Assembly: GCA_018398765.1 (NCBI GenBank)
Contig: JAHBMJ010000440.1
Location: 1 to 47,556, forward strand
From: Chromera velia
Lineage: Eukaryota
DNA: 47,556 nt
Direction of reading: 5' to 3'
Shown: one piece after another, positions 30,780-47,550 of the stretch
How positions within the stretch are numbered: position 1 is the first letter of the stretch
How the letters are laid out: each line of letters begins with the position of its first letter
Notes under the pieces: generated by a model
The model's database searches: none
What the model saw: the letters and a program-made list of their open reading frames with translations, nothing else
What the model was told of the DNA's origin: nothing
Position numbers and translations under genes: made by a program

Positions 30780-31130
30780 TACGTACGTCGATCGACTCGA
30801 AAGAGCTAGCTATAGACCTCGCGATATATACCTATAGCTGTATATAGCTGTAGCTCGCGATCCTCGGGGGCCGGGGGAAGAAAATATATACCAAAGGGGG
30901 GGAAAAAGCGCGCGCGCAGCGCGCGCTGCGCGCGGAGCGCGCAGGGTCTCCGAATTAAGCGGGAGCTAGCATGGCTCAGCATGCAGTGAGCCCACGCATC
31001 TCATGCAGTGAGCATGATGTGAGCATGCATGCAGTGCATGAGCAATATGTGCATGAGCAATAGTGAGGCTAAGTGAGCATACCTCTTGCAGACTGAGCAC
31101 CGCGATGCAAGGGATCGCAAGGGTCGATCT
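30780..31130. promoter_or_regulatory. Putative bidirectional promoter region with CG-rich perfect palindrome
   Basis: Lies between divergent starts 30613 (-) and 31368 (+). A 24-bp perfect palindrome CGCGCGCAGCGCGCGCTGCGCGCG is at 30911-30934, followed by clustered GCATG motifs. Confidence 0.45.
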
Positions 31131-31367
31131 GTTTGTCTGTCAGATGGAAGTGCATGGATGATGAGTGACTTTCATTCATAGTTTATCGTTTCGAATTCAG
31201 CAGTGATGCAACTCATACAGGCTCCGTGTTAATTTTTCTGGCGGAGTTTATCAAAAGTAGCTGCTTCTGTGCCTTCACAGAAATTTCGAGCTAGCTTCTT
31301 TGGCAGTAGTCAAGACCTTCACCATCGTACCTGTCGAACGGTAGGATCTCTTTGTGGAGCTCTTGTC

Positions 31368-34300
31368 ATGTTGCCTCACACTGCCCCGGGAGTCTCTGCT
31401 GCTGGCGTGAGGCAGAACCCCGAATTCGTCAGCAGCTTTCCTGAACACGACAAGCAGCACCTTCTTCAACATCAGCATCAGCATCAGCTTGACGGCAGTC
31501 CAGAGGCGAGGCCGAGAGATGCCAAGATGGATCAATGGGTAAGCTAGGAGTGAGGAGCCCGAGCTGTGCGAAGAGGATGGTTTGTTGTCCTATTCGAAAT
31601 GCGTGTTCATCGCTGTTTTGTTTGCGCATTTCTGTCGTCCTTTTATTCATGCTGTAAGGTTCGTGGAACACCAACTCCGAAAGATCACTGCATGGGCCTG
31701 CATGCTGTCTCCTTGCAGTGGAAAACGAAGGTCAGCGCGTCAACTGAACCAGTCGCGGGGCTTTTTCCTCCAGTCCTCGCATGACAGGCAGTAAGGCAAC
31801 CGAGCGAACTTGGGCAACGCTTTGCCTTCCTGCAGCGTCTCCGTTTGCAAGCTCTTCTTGCGACAGACAAACTTACACCCCCTGCCATTGTTTAGCTGTC
31901 TACAATTCATCATGGGTACATTATTTCTGAGAACTGTTGCGTCTCCGCTCATTTGTCGCGTGTGCGTGTGTTTTGACCGTCGGTCTGTGTGTGTGTGTGT
32001 ATGTATGTATGTGTGTGTGTGTGCTTGCTTGTCACCCACCTCCATCTTGTGTCGCGATAAAAGAAAAAAAAAAACAGAGAACAGATGCTTTCTGCCTGTC
32101 GGCACGTGGACTTGTCTGTTGCGGCTTCGACTCAGTGAGAAGAGAAAGTTGAAGAATGAAGGCATTCACGGTCTAGACGACTTAGCATCACGAGGCGTCT
32201 CACTCGTTTGTGCTCCGTCCTTTTTCTTTCCCCAGACTGGCTAGACGCATGAACTCACAAACACTTGAGCGCAGCTCACACATACAAATATTCATCTTTC
32301 TGCTGGGTGCCTCATGAAGTCCCAAACACTTATCTATCTGTGCACCAGCTTGTTTACGTTTATGAAAGGGCATCATGGGATAATGCTGCTCATGTAGGGC
32401 AATGAAATCAATCATTGCTGCGAGTCTTTGACCAAGATTCAGTCTTACAGCAGCAGCAAATCAATCATCAGAGTGGCAATTCAGCTTCATGTTTCTTTCA
32501 ATGCTTCTGTTTCTTTGATGCGATTCAAAACAAACAGTTTCTTCTTTGCCTCCCAGCTACATACATGTCCAGACACTTTCTCTCTGCTTTCGCGCTTCTT
32601 TTCTCTGGTCAATCTTTCGACAATCTTCTTCTGGACTTCCTTTTCCTTTCTTCGCAACTTCCTGATGCAAACCCACGCTTCCTCTCCGTTCTTTCCTGTC
32701 CTTCCTTCCTTCCTTGCTTCCTTCCTTCCTTTCTTTCTGTCTGTCTGTCTTCATTCTTTCAGATGTGTCCAAAGCTGAAACGGTCGAGGTTCTGCAAGCA
32801 GGGGGAACAGTGCCCTTATGCGCACTCTCCGGAAGGTAGGCCGCGCGCGCGTTGTGTGTGTGTGTGTGTGTGTGTCTGTGCTTTCGCTCTCACTGTCCAT
32901 CACAAGACATGCACACACCGAGAGAGAGATGCATATTTATGCATTACACATCCATTTGTAGAAAAAGAGAAAGAGGCAACAATAGACGATGAAGAAATAC
33001 GGTGTCATTCACAGACGAAAGTAGAGAATCAAAAAGCTGTTTTGGTCCCTCAGACAGTTTCTTCCCCCCCGCCCCCCCGGGGTCTTCTTAATTCTCCTCT
33101 CTTCTCTTCTCTTTCCTGTACTGTCCGAGCAGAGTTGCGTCCCATGCCGAATCTTGGGAGGACCTCTCTCTGTCGGGCCTTCCTTCAAGGACGGTGTCAA
33201 AGCAACTCCAGATGCAAATACGCACACGGTGGGTGGGTGAGTGAGTGAGTGGGTTGCAGGTACACGCTCTTGGGATTCATGGTTGGGGTTTGTTTGGGTG
33301 GGGGGGCAAGCCAGCGAATCTTTGAATGCATGTGTGTGAGAGGTCGGCCTGAAGGAAATTAAGGGAATTAAGTTTGATGAGTCCAAGGCAGTGAGTAGAG
33401 TGAGTACGTGGGTGTGTGGCAGGACTTCATAATGACAATTTCTCTCTGACCAACACTGTGTCTGTAATTCGTGAAAGAGTGCAAGGGAAGAAGAAGAAAT
33501 CACATGCAGATGAAAAAGCTGACAGACAGCGTTTCGATCAACCGCGAGCTGCTGCATGGAAGGAGGGAGGAACCGAGGGTGCAGATCGAAAGAAACGCTG
33601 CATGCATGGTCGTGTGAGTGAGTGAGTGAGATTGAGTTAGTGATCGAGCAGGGAGGAAGAGGTGCAAGTACGGTTTGTGTTCCTTCTCTCCCTCCCTCTG
33701 TATACGGGGGGGTGAGAACGTGGGTGGAGATAGGGGACGGGAATCCACCAGTCGTCCTTTCGTGCACGCTATTCGTCGGCTTTCCTGCCTGCCTGTCTCC
33801 AGATCATGCAGAGGATGGGCCTAGATTGATATGGTCAATTGTCTGGATCTCTCTCTCTCTCTCTCTCTGCTGGGTCTCGTGCAGGGGAGAAGCAGCTGAG
33901 GGTCACAGAGGATTACTTCAAGAGCAAGATGTGCTGGGAATTTCAGCGATCGGGTAGGTGAGTTAGGAGCTATGCGTCTGTTTATTCTGGAGACGCTTTT
34001 TCGAGTCCTTCTCTCTGACGGTCTCGGGCGCTGCTCATGCTGCCTGCCTGCCTGACTGCCTGCCTGCCTGTTTGTCCGACTGCTTTTGGATAAAGAAAGA
34101 AAGAAAGAAAGAGACAGCGGAGCGATGGATGGATGGATGGATGGATGGATGGATGGATGGATGGATGCCTTTTGAATCATATCACCTGGTGCCAGCAAGC
34201 AAGCCGTATCGGTCGGTGAGAGATTCGTTCACTCAGTCAGTCTGGTCGTTTGTTTGTTTGTTTGTGTCTGGCCGCATGAATTGCCAGGGCTTTCCTTTCA

Positions 34301-37300
34301 AAGGGCGCATGCATGCATGCGTGTGTGTGTGTGTGTGTGTGTCCTCTACAGCCCTTCTCTCCTCTCCTCCCTGCCTCTCTTGTTTTTGTATTTCTGCTCG
34401 TTTCTCTTCTCTTCACTCAGTGGACTTACTCACATGGGCACCTGCATGACCGCACGTGTTTCTTTTCTTCTTGGCATGCAGACACATCAAGTTGTGGCAG
34501 GCAGGCAGACAGGGAAGGGTTGTGGAAAGCACTGCCATGGAACGAGAATGCTATGGATCAAACACACAAGAAAGAAAAGGAACAGTAAGGGAACACACCC
34601 CCCCCTCTTTTGCAATGACATCTTCCCAATCGACCCTCTTCCTTTCCCTTCCCTCCCCTTCCCTTCAGGCCACTGCAGCCGAGGGCCTGCATGTCGACAC
34701 GCTCACGGAGAAACGGAACTCAGAGAACGGAGGTCAGTCTGTTCGTTTGCTTGCATGCTTGTCTGCTTGTGAGGAGGGGGACATAATGTTCGACGGTTCT
34801 CCTTTGGCAGCATCGGCACCGGCTGGTTTCTCTCTTAGTGCCTTCTCTTGGTCCGCAGAGGAAGGAAGGAAATATTACTTAAAGTAAAAAGACTTCGTAT
34901 CTGGCGAACAGAGAGACAGACAGATAGACAGACAGACAGACAGGGAGACAGGGAGACAGGGAGACAGGGAGGAAGACAGGGAGACAGGGAGGCAGGCTGG
35001 CAGGTAGGAAGTAAGTAAGGAATCACACGAAGTACCCCGTCACTCCGCTGTCTTCCCTCGCCCACTCTTTTTCTTTCTCCCTCAGCTTTCTTTTTCAATG
35101 CCATCGAGCCGCCATCCGAATCTCAGCGCCATGATTCCCGCATTTTTTGGAAAAGTCAACGATTTTTGCAAGAACCCCCTGACTGTCTGTCTTACCGGAG
35201 TCGAGCCGAGTCGGGCTAGCAGCCGGTCTTGGTCGCTTTTCGCATCTACTGGCTCGCTGCCCCCCTTTCTTTGACTCAGTCGTCGTCCTTATTCCGCCTG
35301 AGAAATGAATGTTTTGTTCCGCGCCTGGAGCAGTGAAGAGTTGGTAGGAGGAAAGGGCACTCTCACACAGCACAGTTTTCACACAGGCAGCAAATTCGAG
35401 AAAAAAAAACATTCTTCCTCCCTCTTTTTCTTGTACAATCAGACAAGGATTGGTGGAGAGGGTGAGAGAGGGATCTCTCTTTGTTCTGTTCTGGTAGCTG
35501 TTTCGTGGAACTCTCCTAAGTGAAAGGGCGACAGATTCATTCGACTAACAACTTCCAGGGGGTCGCTTCCTGATTCGATCTCACATACATGCTCCGCTTC
35601 TCCTGCAGTGTATGTCGACAGACACCTGTATGAGGTTGCATGCATACACGCTGACATGCAATCAGAAAGGGGCATGCATCGAAAAGCGATCCATGTGAGT
35701 CACAAAAAGAGTAACAAGTTCCCTGACGAACGACCGCTTCATACGTAACACCCTCATTCTGGTTTGCGTATCAATTTCTTCGATCGTTTATGAATACATG
35801 CAGGTATAGCGTATCAATTTCTTCGATCGTTTATGAATACATGCAGGTACAGACTGACGACACGTGAAAAGTTAGCACAGGAGCAGGCACGAGTGGCAGC
35901 ACGGGGAGAGGCCCGACTGAAAACTGCTGCCCTGATGCTCCTGAAGGCTCTCGGGGATCCAAGCAGAGGGAGAGAGACTCCCCTCGTGGCTCTGCCTTCC
36001 CCGTCCGTCTCCTCACCAAGAAGTCAATCAGAAACGCAGTGGCTCTCTCCCGTCAGCCTCCTCTCGCCCTGTCCGTGCCATCTGGCAGCATGCTCCTCTG
36101 TGTCCCCGTCTCCGTCTCTGATTCCTTCTCCCTCCCCTTCCCCTCCTCTACTTTGCGCAGAGATGGAGGGAGTGGAGGGCCTCGAAGAGACCCCCAAGTC
36201 TGAGTCTGCCGCCGTTGCATCCCTCTCTCTGTCTCTGTCTGTCTCCATTCTTCCAACCAAAGAGATGCCCCCCCCGCAGCAGCAGCAGCAGCAGCAATCC
36301 CCTTTGCGCGTCTCCAGGTGCATGGAGGGTCTCGAAGAGAAAGGAGGAGAGGAGAAAGACCGATGTCCGTTGGGGACCGCAGAGAAGTTTGAAGGCCCTC
36401 GAGCCTCTCCAGACCTTCAGGTCTCGACGTCTTCTTCTTTGAGAAGATCAAGAAGAAAAAGAAGCTGGGCAGGAGCAGCAGAAGGGGGAGGGGACAGCCA
36501 TCTGTTGTTGCTCGGTGAAGATGGACATGAACGGGAGAGGGAGGTTGTCGGACCGGCAAGAGATCATGAGGGGAAAGGAGGGAAAGATTTCTTGCCACAC
36601 ACTGCGGTGAGTCTGCAGCCCCAGCCGGATCGAAAGGAAGCAGCACCAGTGGAATCTTTTTCTGTCTGTCTTTCTTCGTCTGCTGCTGGAACGAAGTGTG
36701 CGCAAGTTTCGGAAGAGAATGTCGCAGTCCTAATGGAAGAAAAGGAAGAAACAACCGGTTGGCGGAAAGGGGAGGGGTGCGTCACAGAAAAGAATTCAGA
36801 GAAGGACGAAGCGAGCAGGCCTGCAGCGCCACAGGGCATTGCCGAAGCACCGATCCATTCTTCGCTTCAGCGAAAACAAAAAGAGGCTCTGGGAGAAACG
36901 CAGCTGAGGTCTGACAGTTTCAACAGCAGAGACGGGAGAGGAGAATGCAACAGAACCCCAAATTTGTGTGCTCACACCAGCAGGGCGCCTCTGTTGTTTC
37001 AACATGAACTTCCGTCACCCCCGGTATGTCGCGAGACGGACTCTCCGGAGAACGGAAAGAATCCACCATCCCCTCCGCTCCCTCCGTCGTCTCCCCCTTT
37101 GTCGTCGTCTTCTTCTGTGGGTCCGCTCCTGCGCCTCCAAAATTTGTATCCCGACATTGCAAAGGCTCTTCTTTCAGCCGCAGAGACGACAGGAGTTGGT
37201 TCCGATGTTCTTGCATCCATGCTGCAGCAATACCTCTCTCACCCCCCGTACGTCCATCCTGCTTTTCACTTGGGCGCTTGCTCGCATTCTCTGCTGAGCC

Positions 37301-40258
37301 CTGGAGAAGACTCACTTGCTCCTTCTCCTCCTTTCAGTTGTTCTTTCTCCTTCAGCCCCTCCGCCTCCTCCTCCCTTCCCCCACAAGAAATCCAATCTCC
37401 CCTGTCGACCTTGGGTGAACCTGCCTTCTTCCCTTCCCATGAGATGGCGCTCAACCAAAATCCTCTCGCACCGGCAGGAGTATCCTCAGCACCCGATTTG
37501 TCCTCCGCCCCCGCCGCTGAGCGAGACGGCCAAACAGAGACAGCGGGATTCCCGTCTTTGGGTTCGCCCCACCCAAATTTGCCTCCTCCTCCCTCTTCTT
37601 TTCCTCGAGCTGCCTCTGTAGGTTTGGGGGGAAATGCTGAGACCCCCCCTGTCGAAACCGCCTCGCAGGGGTACCAGAGACGTGCCTCTTGGCTTCGACC
37701 GGGGGTGGTGGGATTCGAACAAAATTTTGCAGCAGGACGGGTGCACTGTTCTCCTTCTCTCTTTTCTTCTTCAGGCAGAAACAGGGCACCGACAAGTGAA
37801 GACGTATCTCGTGCTTCAGCCCTCTGCAGTGCTAACCACCCACTGTCCGGCAAGAGACAGACAAATGCCGAGGCAGCCGTTGCCCCTCGTCTCCTCTCTC
37901 CCGCCCTCGCGTGCTTCCCCACCCCGTCGTCTCATTTTGTTCAAATGCAAGAGCAGGCAAGTGGGAGGAGGAGAGAGGGAGTTCCAGAGGGACTCTCGAG
38001 AACCTGTTGCCACCCCCCTCNCTCCCCCCCCACAGCCTCTTTCATGTGTTTCAGGGCGGGGGGGGAAGTGCTGCTTTCCTGCCCCGATCGTCCATCCTCC
38101 CCCCCCCCCCTTCAGCTCCTCCTCCTCTTCCTCTTCCTCCATGATGTCAACTCTTGCAATTCGTCCCCGATCCCGCAGCGCTACCCTGACCGAAGGAGGA
38201 GCAGCGCAACAGTTACAGACGCAGAGAGAAAAGCTCGAGGACGAGTCTGCTGCTGTCGGGGGTGCGTATGCGTGTGCACACCTCCCCCTTCACACGCACC
38301 CTTCAGCATCGGCGGCTGCAGTCGCAGTACAGGGAGGGGTTCCCCTGTCGGTGACACAGGAAGAAAAAAGGGAAGGGGGTCCCTTGTTGCACATCCTTTG
38401 CTGCCATCCTCCCAAAGCTTCTGGAGAGAGGTTGGGGGATCCACCTGGTTGTGACAACAACAGCAGCAGCAGGAGCACAGTTGAGCTGTCCGCCGACGCT
38501 CTCGGCTTGCCTCTTCAGACGTTGTCTCTCTCTGAAGGAGGAGAAGGAGAAGGGGGGGCAAAGGGAGGGGCAGAGACAAACCCAGTGAATCTGTTAGGAC
38601 CTGAATCAGATGTAAGTGGAATGGCAGGAGAAGCAGAAACAGAAAGAGTGGGAATGGGGTTAGGCTTGGAGGTTGACGGCCAAACAAAGAAGATGTCAAT
38701 CGGGGAGTGGCTGTCTCGTCTCACTCAGGGGCAAACCACAACGGCAACATGGGGGAGGGGGGGGGAGACAGAGGCAGCAGCAGCCCGTTCTGATTCCCCC
38801 TTTTTGTCCGCTGACGCTGTAGAGAAAGAAAAGGAGACCAGGACTGCCCAAGCTCTGCTGGGTGGTGCTCAAAATTCTAGCATGCCTCCACAGGCAGAGA
38901 GAGAGCGAAAAAGTGCACAGAAGAATTTTCACCCAAATCGATGTCACTCACTGTCGATCTCGACTGACGGTGACCTTTCGAGCACTTGCCTCGGAGCGCC
39001 CAGTGCCAGTGGTGTGCTCGGCGGAGTTCTCAGCTCCCGCACGGGGATCAGTTGCGTGGGGGGCCTCGGAGGCTCCCCCTCTGTTGGCCTCGTTGATGCT
39101 CCCCCCCCCAGCAGCAGCAGCCGCGAAGCATCTCCCTTGTTGGGCCCTCATGCTGCCGAGGAGCGGGTGACCGTCTCTTCGGCTGAACCCTGTGACGTTT
39201 CGGGTCGCTGTAGGGTCGGCGGCTCTGGATCGTCGGCGGGTCCAGAGGGTTGTCGCCACGCTGCTTTGAAAGGCAATTTTCCTTCAGTGGGCACCGCTCT
39301 TTCCGCCTCCCCCGCTTCGTGCGGAGAACATCATCAGCAGGGGGAGGGAGAAGGGTGCAAAAGAGAAGAGGCAAACGGTGGGGATGGGGAGGGGCTTCCC
39401 GTGGCCCTCCAAGCCTCTCTTCTCCCCTCTTTTATTGTGGGTGAGGGGACAGGCGCAGAGTCCCTTCTAGATCCCGACCCGCCTGTAGAGGAGTCCACTG
39501 GGGTGGTCTGTGGAGAGAGTGGGGGGGAGTCATCTGAGGGAGCGGCAGTTGAGACTTGGCAGCTTCATGTCGAAGCTGAGCGGATTCAGGGAGCGCAGAA
39601 CAGGGGGGAGGAGCACCGCCCGCCTCCAAAGCCCCTAAATGAGTCTTCGCCTCACCTGCGCCGCGGAGGGCCGCGAGTGGGGAAAGGCAATGGCAAAGGG
39701 GCTGGTGGCTGCAGCCGCAGCTTGGGCGTCGGGTACAGTGAGAAATCTGGTCTGCAGTCGCAGGGGTTTGGCCTCTCCGTGTGGACGATTCCCGACACTC
39801 TGGCGAATGCGTTTCCGGGAGGGCGTGCGGGGTCATCCCCCCTCTCCGCATGTGCTGCGTCGCCCGGTATATGTGGGATGGGCCGCCACTCCACTTCTCG
39901 TGCATGCGGAAAACAGAGCGGCGTTCAATCTCAGCAGCAGCAGCAGCAGCAGGCGAAGACAGAGCCGTTCCCTGTCGGTGCAATGCCCCCAAGTCCGCCT
40001 GAATTCGCTCTCTCTGCCGCAGAGGAAATTTGGGAAAGCATTGAGCTACCAGAACTGAAGACGGCAGGAGAAGAGGAGAAAGGGGCACAAGCGGGGATCC
40101 GAGCTTCTGTTTCACCTGCGTCTTCTTCCCCGTTCCTGGCTGTGGCGAGTCCATTAATCTCCTCCCCTACTCGTGCTCAGTTTTATGAATCGCAGGAATG
40201 TCTGATTCGAGCGGAAAGCTCGAGTGGAGGCAAAAGAGAACAGGGAGGAGGAGATTGA
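31368..40258 (+). CDS. Three-finger CCCH zinc-finger (RNA-binding) protein with very long low-complexity C-terminus, ~1630 aa
   Basis: Exons 31368-31538, 31719-31730, 32763-32835, 33133-33228, 33885-33953, 34669-34732, 35847-40258. Fingers: WKTKMCPKLKRSRFCKQGEQCPYAH; GRTSLCRAFLQGRCQSNSRCKYAH; FKSKMCWEFQRSGHCSRGPACRHAH. A +1 frameshift sits at the N in a C-run (38021); removing one base joins ORFs 35833.. and 37634..40258. Confidence 0.88.
35766..35851 (+). repeat. 43-bp tandem duplication spanning the last splice acceptor of the CCCH gene
   Basis: gcgtatcaatttcttcgatcgtttatgaatacatgcaggtata (35766-35808) and ...gcaggtaca (35809-35851), 42/43 identical. Confidence 0.95.
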
Positions 40259-41219
40259 TAGGAAGATTGATACTTAATTAAGTATAGATGTGCAGCAATA
40301 CAGAGGAAAGCAGAGGTGCTTTTCAACTCTATGCCTTATTCTGTGAGCCTTACTGCCTAATCATCGTGTGTTGACAAATTCTGCAAAAATGGTTTCTAAC
40401 GTGCATGGCTTTCAGCAGTGGTCAACGTTGTTCAAGTTTAAGTTGTTCTCTGTAATCAGTTATTTTCTAGCAATTAATGTTGTTTTGGAACTTACTAACT
40501 TTAGTAGTAACTAGTAACTTTAATTTGATAATTTACCTGTGTGAGTCTAAATTTTGTCCTCCTTCATCCTTTTCGTCACAAATTTTATGATCGTGAACGC
40601 TTTTCAACTTAAGAACGAAACTTTAAAAAATGTTTCTATAAATTTCCTAGGTTTTAATATTAAGTGATAAGTGATTTATTGGTGCCCTTGAGCACTGTCG
40701 CCATGTTGTCTTGTAGAGGTCGCCCCCGCAAACGGCACGTGCAGTGTATCAGTTAGGACTGACTAAGTAAATTCAGCTATATATCCAAGCCTAGCGCGGA
40801 ACCAATAAATCAATTAATCATTGATTCGCTAGTTGATTCATATTGAGTTTTATCTTTTTAAAACAAGTTCCTAGACAGATCTATAGACTAGTTCTAGGAC
40901 TAGTTCAGATAGTAGGTCCCAGATATTCCTAGATTGGTTCAAGTTAGGTTCAAGTATTGATCCTCGTATCCTTTTTCTAAATCTTTTCTGGGAAGTTTTC
41001 CTAGTGGCGCTTACTGCAAAGTTTCATTGATTGTGACTTTCTTTTCAAGAATCGTTTGGCAGACAACTTTCGGAACTGGGGAAAGGCATCTCGAGGAAAC
41101 ACCAATGCAAAACGGCTCATGGCCATGTGCAGTTTTAAACCCTGGTGCAACCGTGTAAGCCTTTTGAGGCGTCTGCAAGGATCGACCCTGACAGTTCCTC
41201 AATGCCAATCTGCTCTTCG

Positions 41220-45125
<3,906 letters not shown>

Positions 45126-45699
45126 TCTTGAACCGACGAGATCGTCCTCTCGTCGCCGATTTGCCTGTTGACTCTCAATATTTGTTTGTGATTACGCACT
45201 CCGAGCAGCGCCCGCGCAGCTCTCTGGATCACCAGCGAAGTCCTACTGATTGCGTTCCTCTGAAAATACTCGATGTGCACCAACCATAGCGACCATTTCG
45301 GAACAGCGAATGTCCCAATAACAGAGAGAGCCGGAGAAACAGAGCACACGATGAACAGACGAGCGTACGCGAGTGAATAAACCACTCCTCAGTGAGGTTC
45401 GAAGCTTCTTAATCGATCGTTGTCCTTGCAACAGCTAGATCGAACGGTAAATGTGGCACATTCAAGTTCTTTTCTCCAGAAAGTACCTATTTGCTTTCGG
45501 ATTCCGAAAATGCCACTCGCTCGCAAACAATGACGCAGAACACAACAGGGCCAACAAGGACTATCCTTGCATGGCAAAGGATTGGCAAAGGTGCGCGCTC
45601 ACGGTGATTCACGGTGTGGTTTAGTGTGGTGTCACAGTTCAGAAATTTAAGACTGAGTCAGACTATGTCAGACTGACATGCAGCGAAGACTGTCAGAGT

Positions 45700-45900
45700 G
45701 CTGCTTAATTGGGCTTGCCCCGGCCCGCGCGCCGGTCACTGGCAGAGTACGCGCCGGGCGGGGCCGCGGCGCGCGTAATAACTGCCCCCACAGCTTTTGC
45801 GGAGAGACCCCGGAAAGTGAACTTGTATAGCTGATCGGCCACTAAATTCGGAATTTGGCCCCGGAAAGCTCAGCAGTGCAGCTAGCTGCGCGAACAAGAG
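45700..45900. promoter_or_regulatory. Putative bidirectional promoter (CpG-rich) between the RING and subtilisin genes
   Basis: CG-rich cluster at 45715-45776 and two CCCCGGAAAG motifs (45808, 45859), between divergent ATGs 45125 (-) and 46181 (+). Confidence 0.45.
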
Positions 45901-46180
45901 ATTTGCAGAGACAAGAAGGATCGACTCTTTCAATCAGCTAGCTATAAGATAAGATCAAAGCATATCAAAGCTTAATTGACAACTGCAACATGCACAGAAT
46001 TCTAAGTTGGTGTCCTCGGCAGTCCCCAGCATCCAAGCGAATCTGGATCAGCCAGTGTGCTCTTCTCTGATTCTGGCTGTAACATGAGTCAGGGCTAGGC
46101 CTTTCATAAGACAACAGATTTTTCTTGCAGTCTCTCTGTCTCGCAAAACAAAGATTCCCTTCCTTCTCTCTCTCCACCCA

Positions 46181-47500
46181 ATGATGCGGTTTCTGCCTGC
46201 CGCCATCGTATCGCTCTCGCTTCTTCCCGATCGGGTGCAGTGTCTTTCCTCAGAGCGAGAGCAGGTCTCTGTTACCCTTAGAAGTGGAACTATGGTAGAG
46301 GAATCCATTGATATCTCCTCCTACTATTCCAGTGCCGTTGAGGTATACACAGAGATCCAAGCGGTGGAAGAGAGTCAAGGAGGCAGGCGCCGTCTGTCGA
46401 CTTCTGATCACAGTCAGAGTCGACCTGCAGGCTCTGAAGCCGAAACGAGAGGGGATGCGGAGGAGTGGAGGGAGATGACCGACGAGATCATAGGCCTCGA
46501 CTCCAACTTTGACTCGAAAGGGCAACAATTGTTCAGCCTGGATAGAATGGTTGCAGGCTTCGCATGCCATCCCTCTCGAAGGCGGAGGTTACAAGAGGAA
46601 GAGGGGCGGGAGAGCACAGTACTCCTAGAGAAGCTTGTGGGACTGTTGGAGTCGTCTGCCCAGCGAGCAGCTGAGAGAGTACGAAGGAGAAGGTTAGAGG
46701 GAGGGAGATCGTCTCCTTCCAGTGGTACCAGCAGCAGCAGTCGGAGGCAGCTGCTTGACGAGCGGCTCCTCCAGATGACCCCCCGCTCTCTTCTTGTCTC
46801 AGTTCATAATCTCTATGTGACCGACAATGAGCAAGAACAAGCGGGTACCATATCTGCAATGAGTGCCGAAAAGGGGGGTGTACCGAAGCAGCGGGGGCAG
46901 GAGGCTCTGTGTCACATCGACAGCATTGCCCTCAAGGAAGGCACCACCCTCGAAGACGTGCAGGCCCTCCTGCACGCATTCGAGGACGCAGAGGAGGAGT
47001 CCATCCTTTCCTCTGTTCCCTCTCTCTCTCGAGAAGCGGATTTGGAGAAAGATAAAGAGGCAGACCATACCGAAGATACAGACGACCTGCTCTTCATCTT
47101 TCCCGATGCAAAAATCCAACTGCCGTCCCTGACCGATGAATCTTCCGTCCTTTCGGTCGGTGCAGAGCCTGGGGGTGCGACGAGTGAGGGGCGTGAACAG
47201 CGAAGAAGACTGCAGGAGAACGATGCAAGCGAGGACGTAGAGGAAGAAGAGGAAGAGGACCCTTCAGATCTGAGTGAAGACGAGGAAGTCTCTGCTCAGC
47301 TGTCTGAAGAAGCCGGGGGGGGAGAAGCAGAAGGAGAGGAAGAGAAGGATCCGAGACGCAGACTTCAGAGGTATTCCATTCGTGTGATTGACAGCGACCC
47401 CTTCTTCAGTCTCCAGTGGCATCTGCGTGCTTGCGCTGATCCGTTTGCCGTGCGTCGAGCACTTCGAATTTACGGCGTCAATTCAGCAGTCTCGAGGAGG
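46181..47500 (+). CDS. First exon of a secreted subtilisin-like (S8) serine protease precursor; runs off the window end
   Basis: Stop-free frame from ATG 46181, absent from the ORF track because no stop occurs in the window. Signal-peptide-like MMRFLPAAIVSLSLLPDRVQC, then an acidic prodomain, then IDSDPFFSLQWHL, matching the (N)DPxFxxQWxL motif at the start of mature subtilases. Probable donor agg|gtcggt at 47501. Catalytic residues are outside the window. Confidence 0.7.
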
Positions 47501-47515
47501 GTCGGTCTCCTTTGG

Positions 47516-47550
<35 letters not shown>

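Noticed and set aside
38000..38040. Frame switch in the CCCH last exon as programmed frameshift or pseudogenisation
   Set aside because: It coincides with an N inside C homopolymers; deleting one base restores a single ORF, so it is probably an assembly error.
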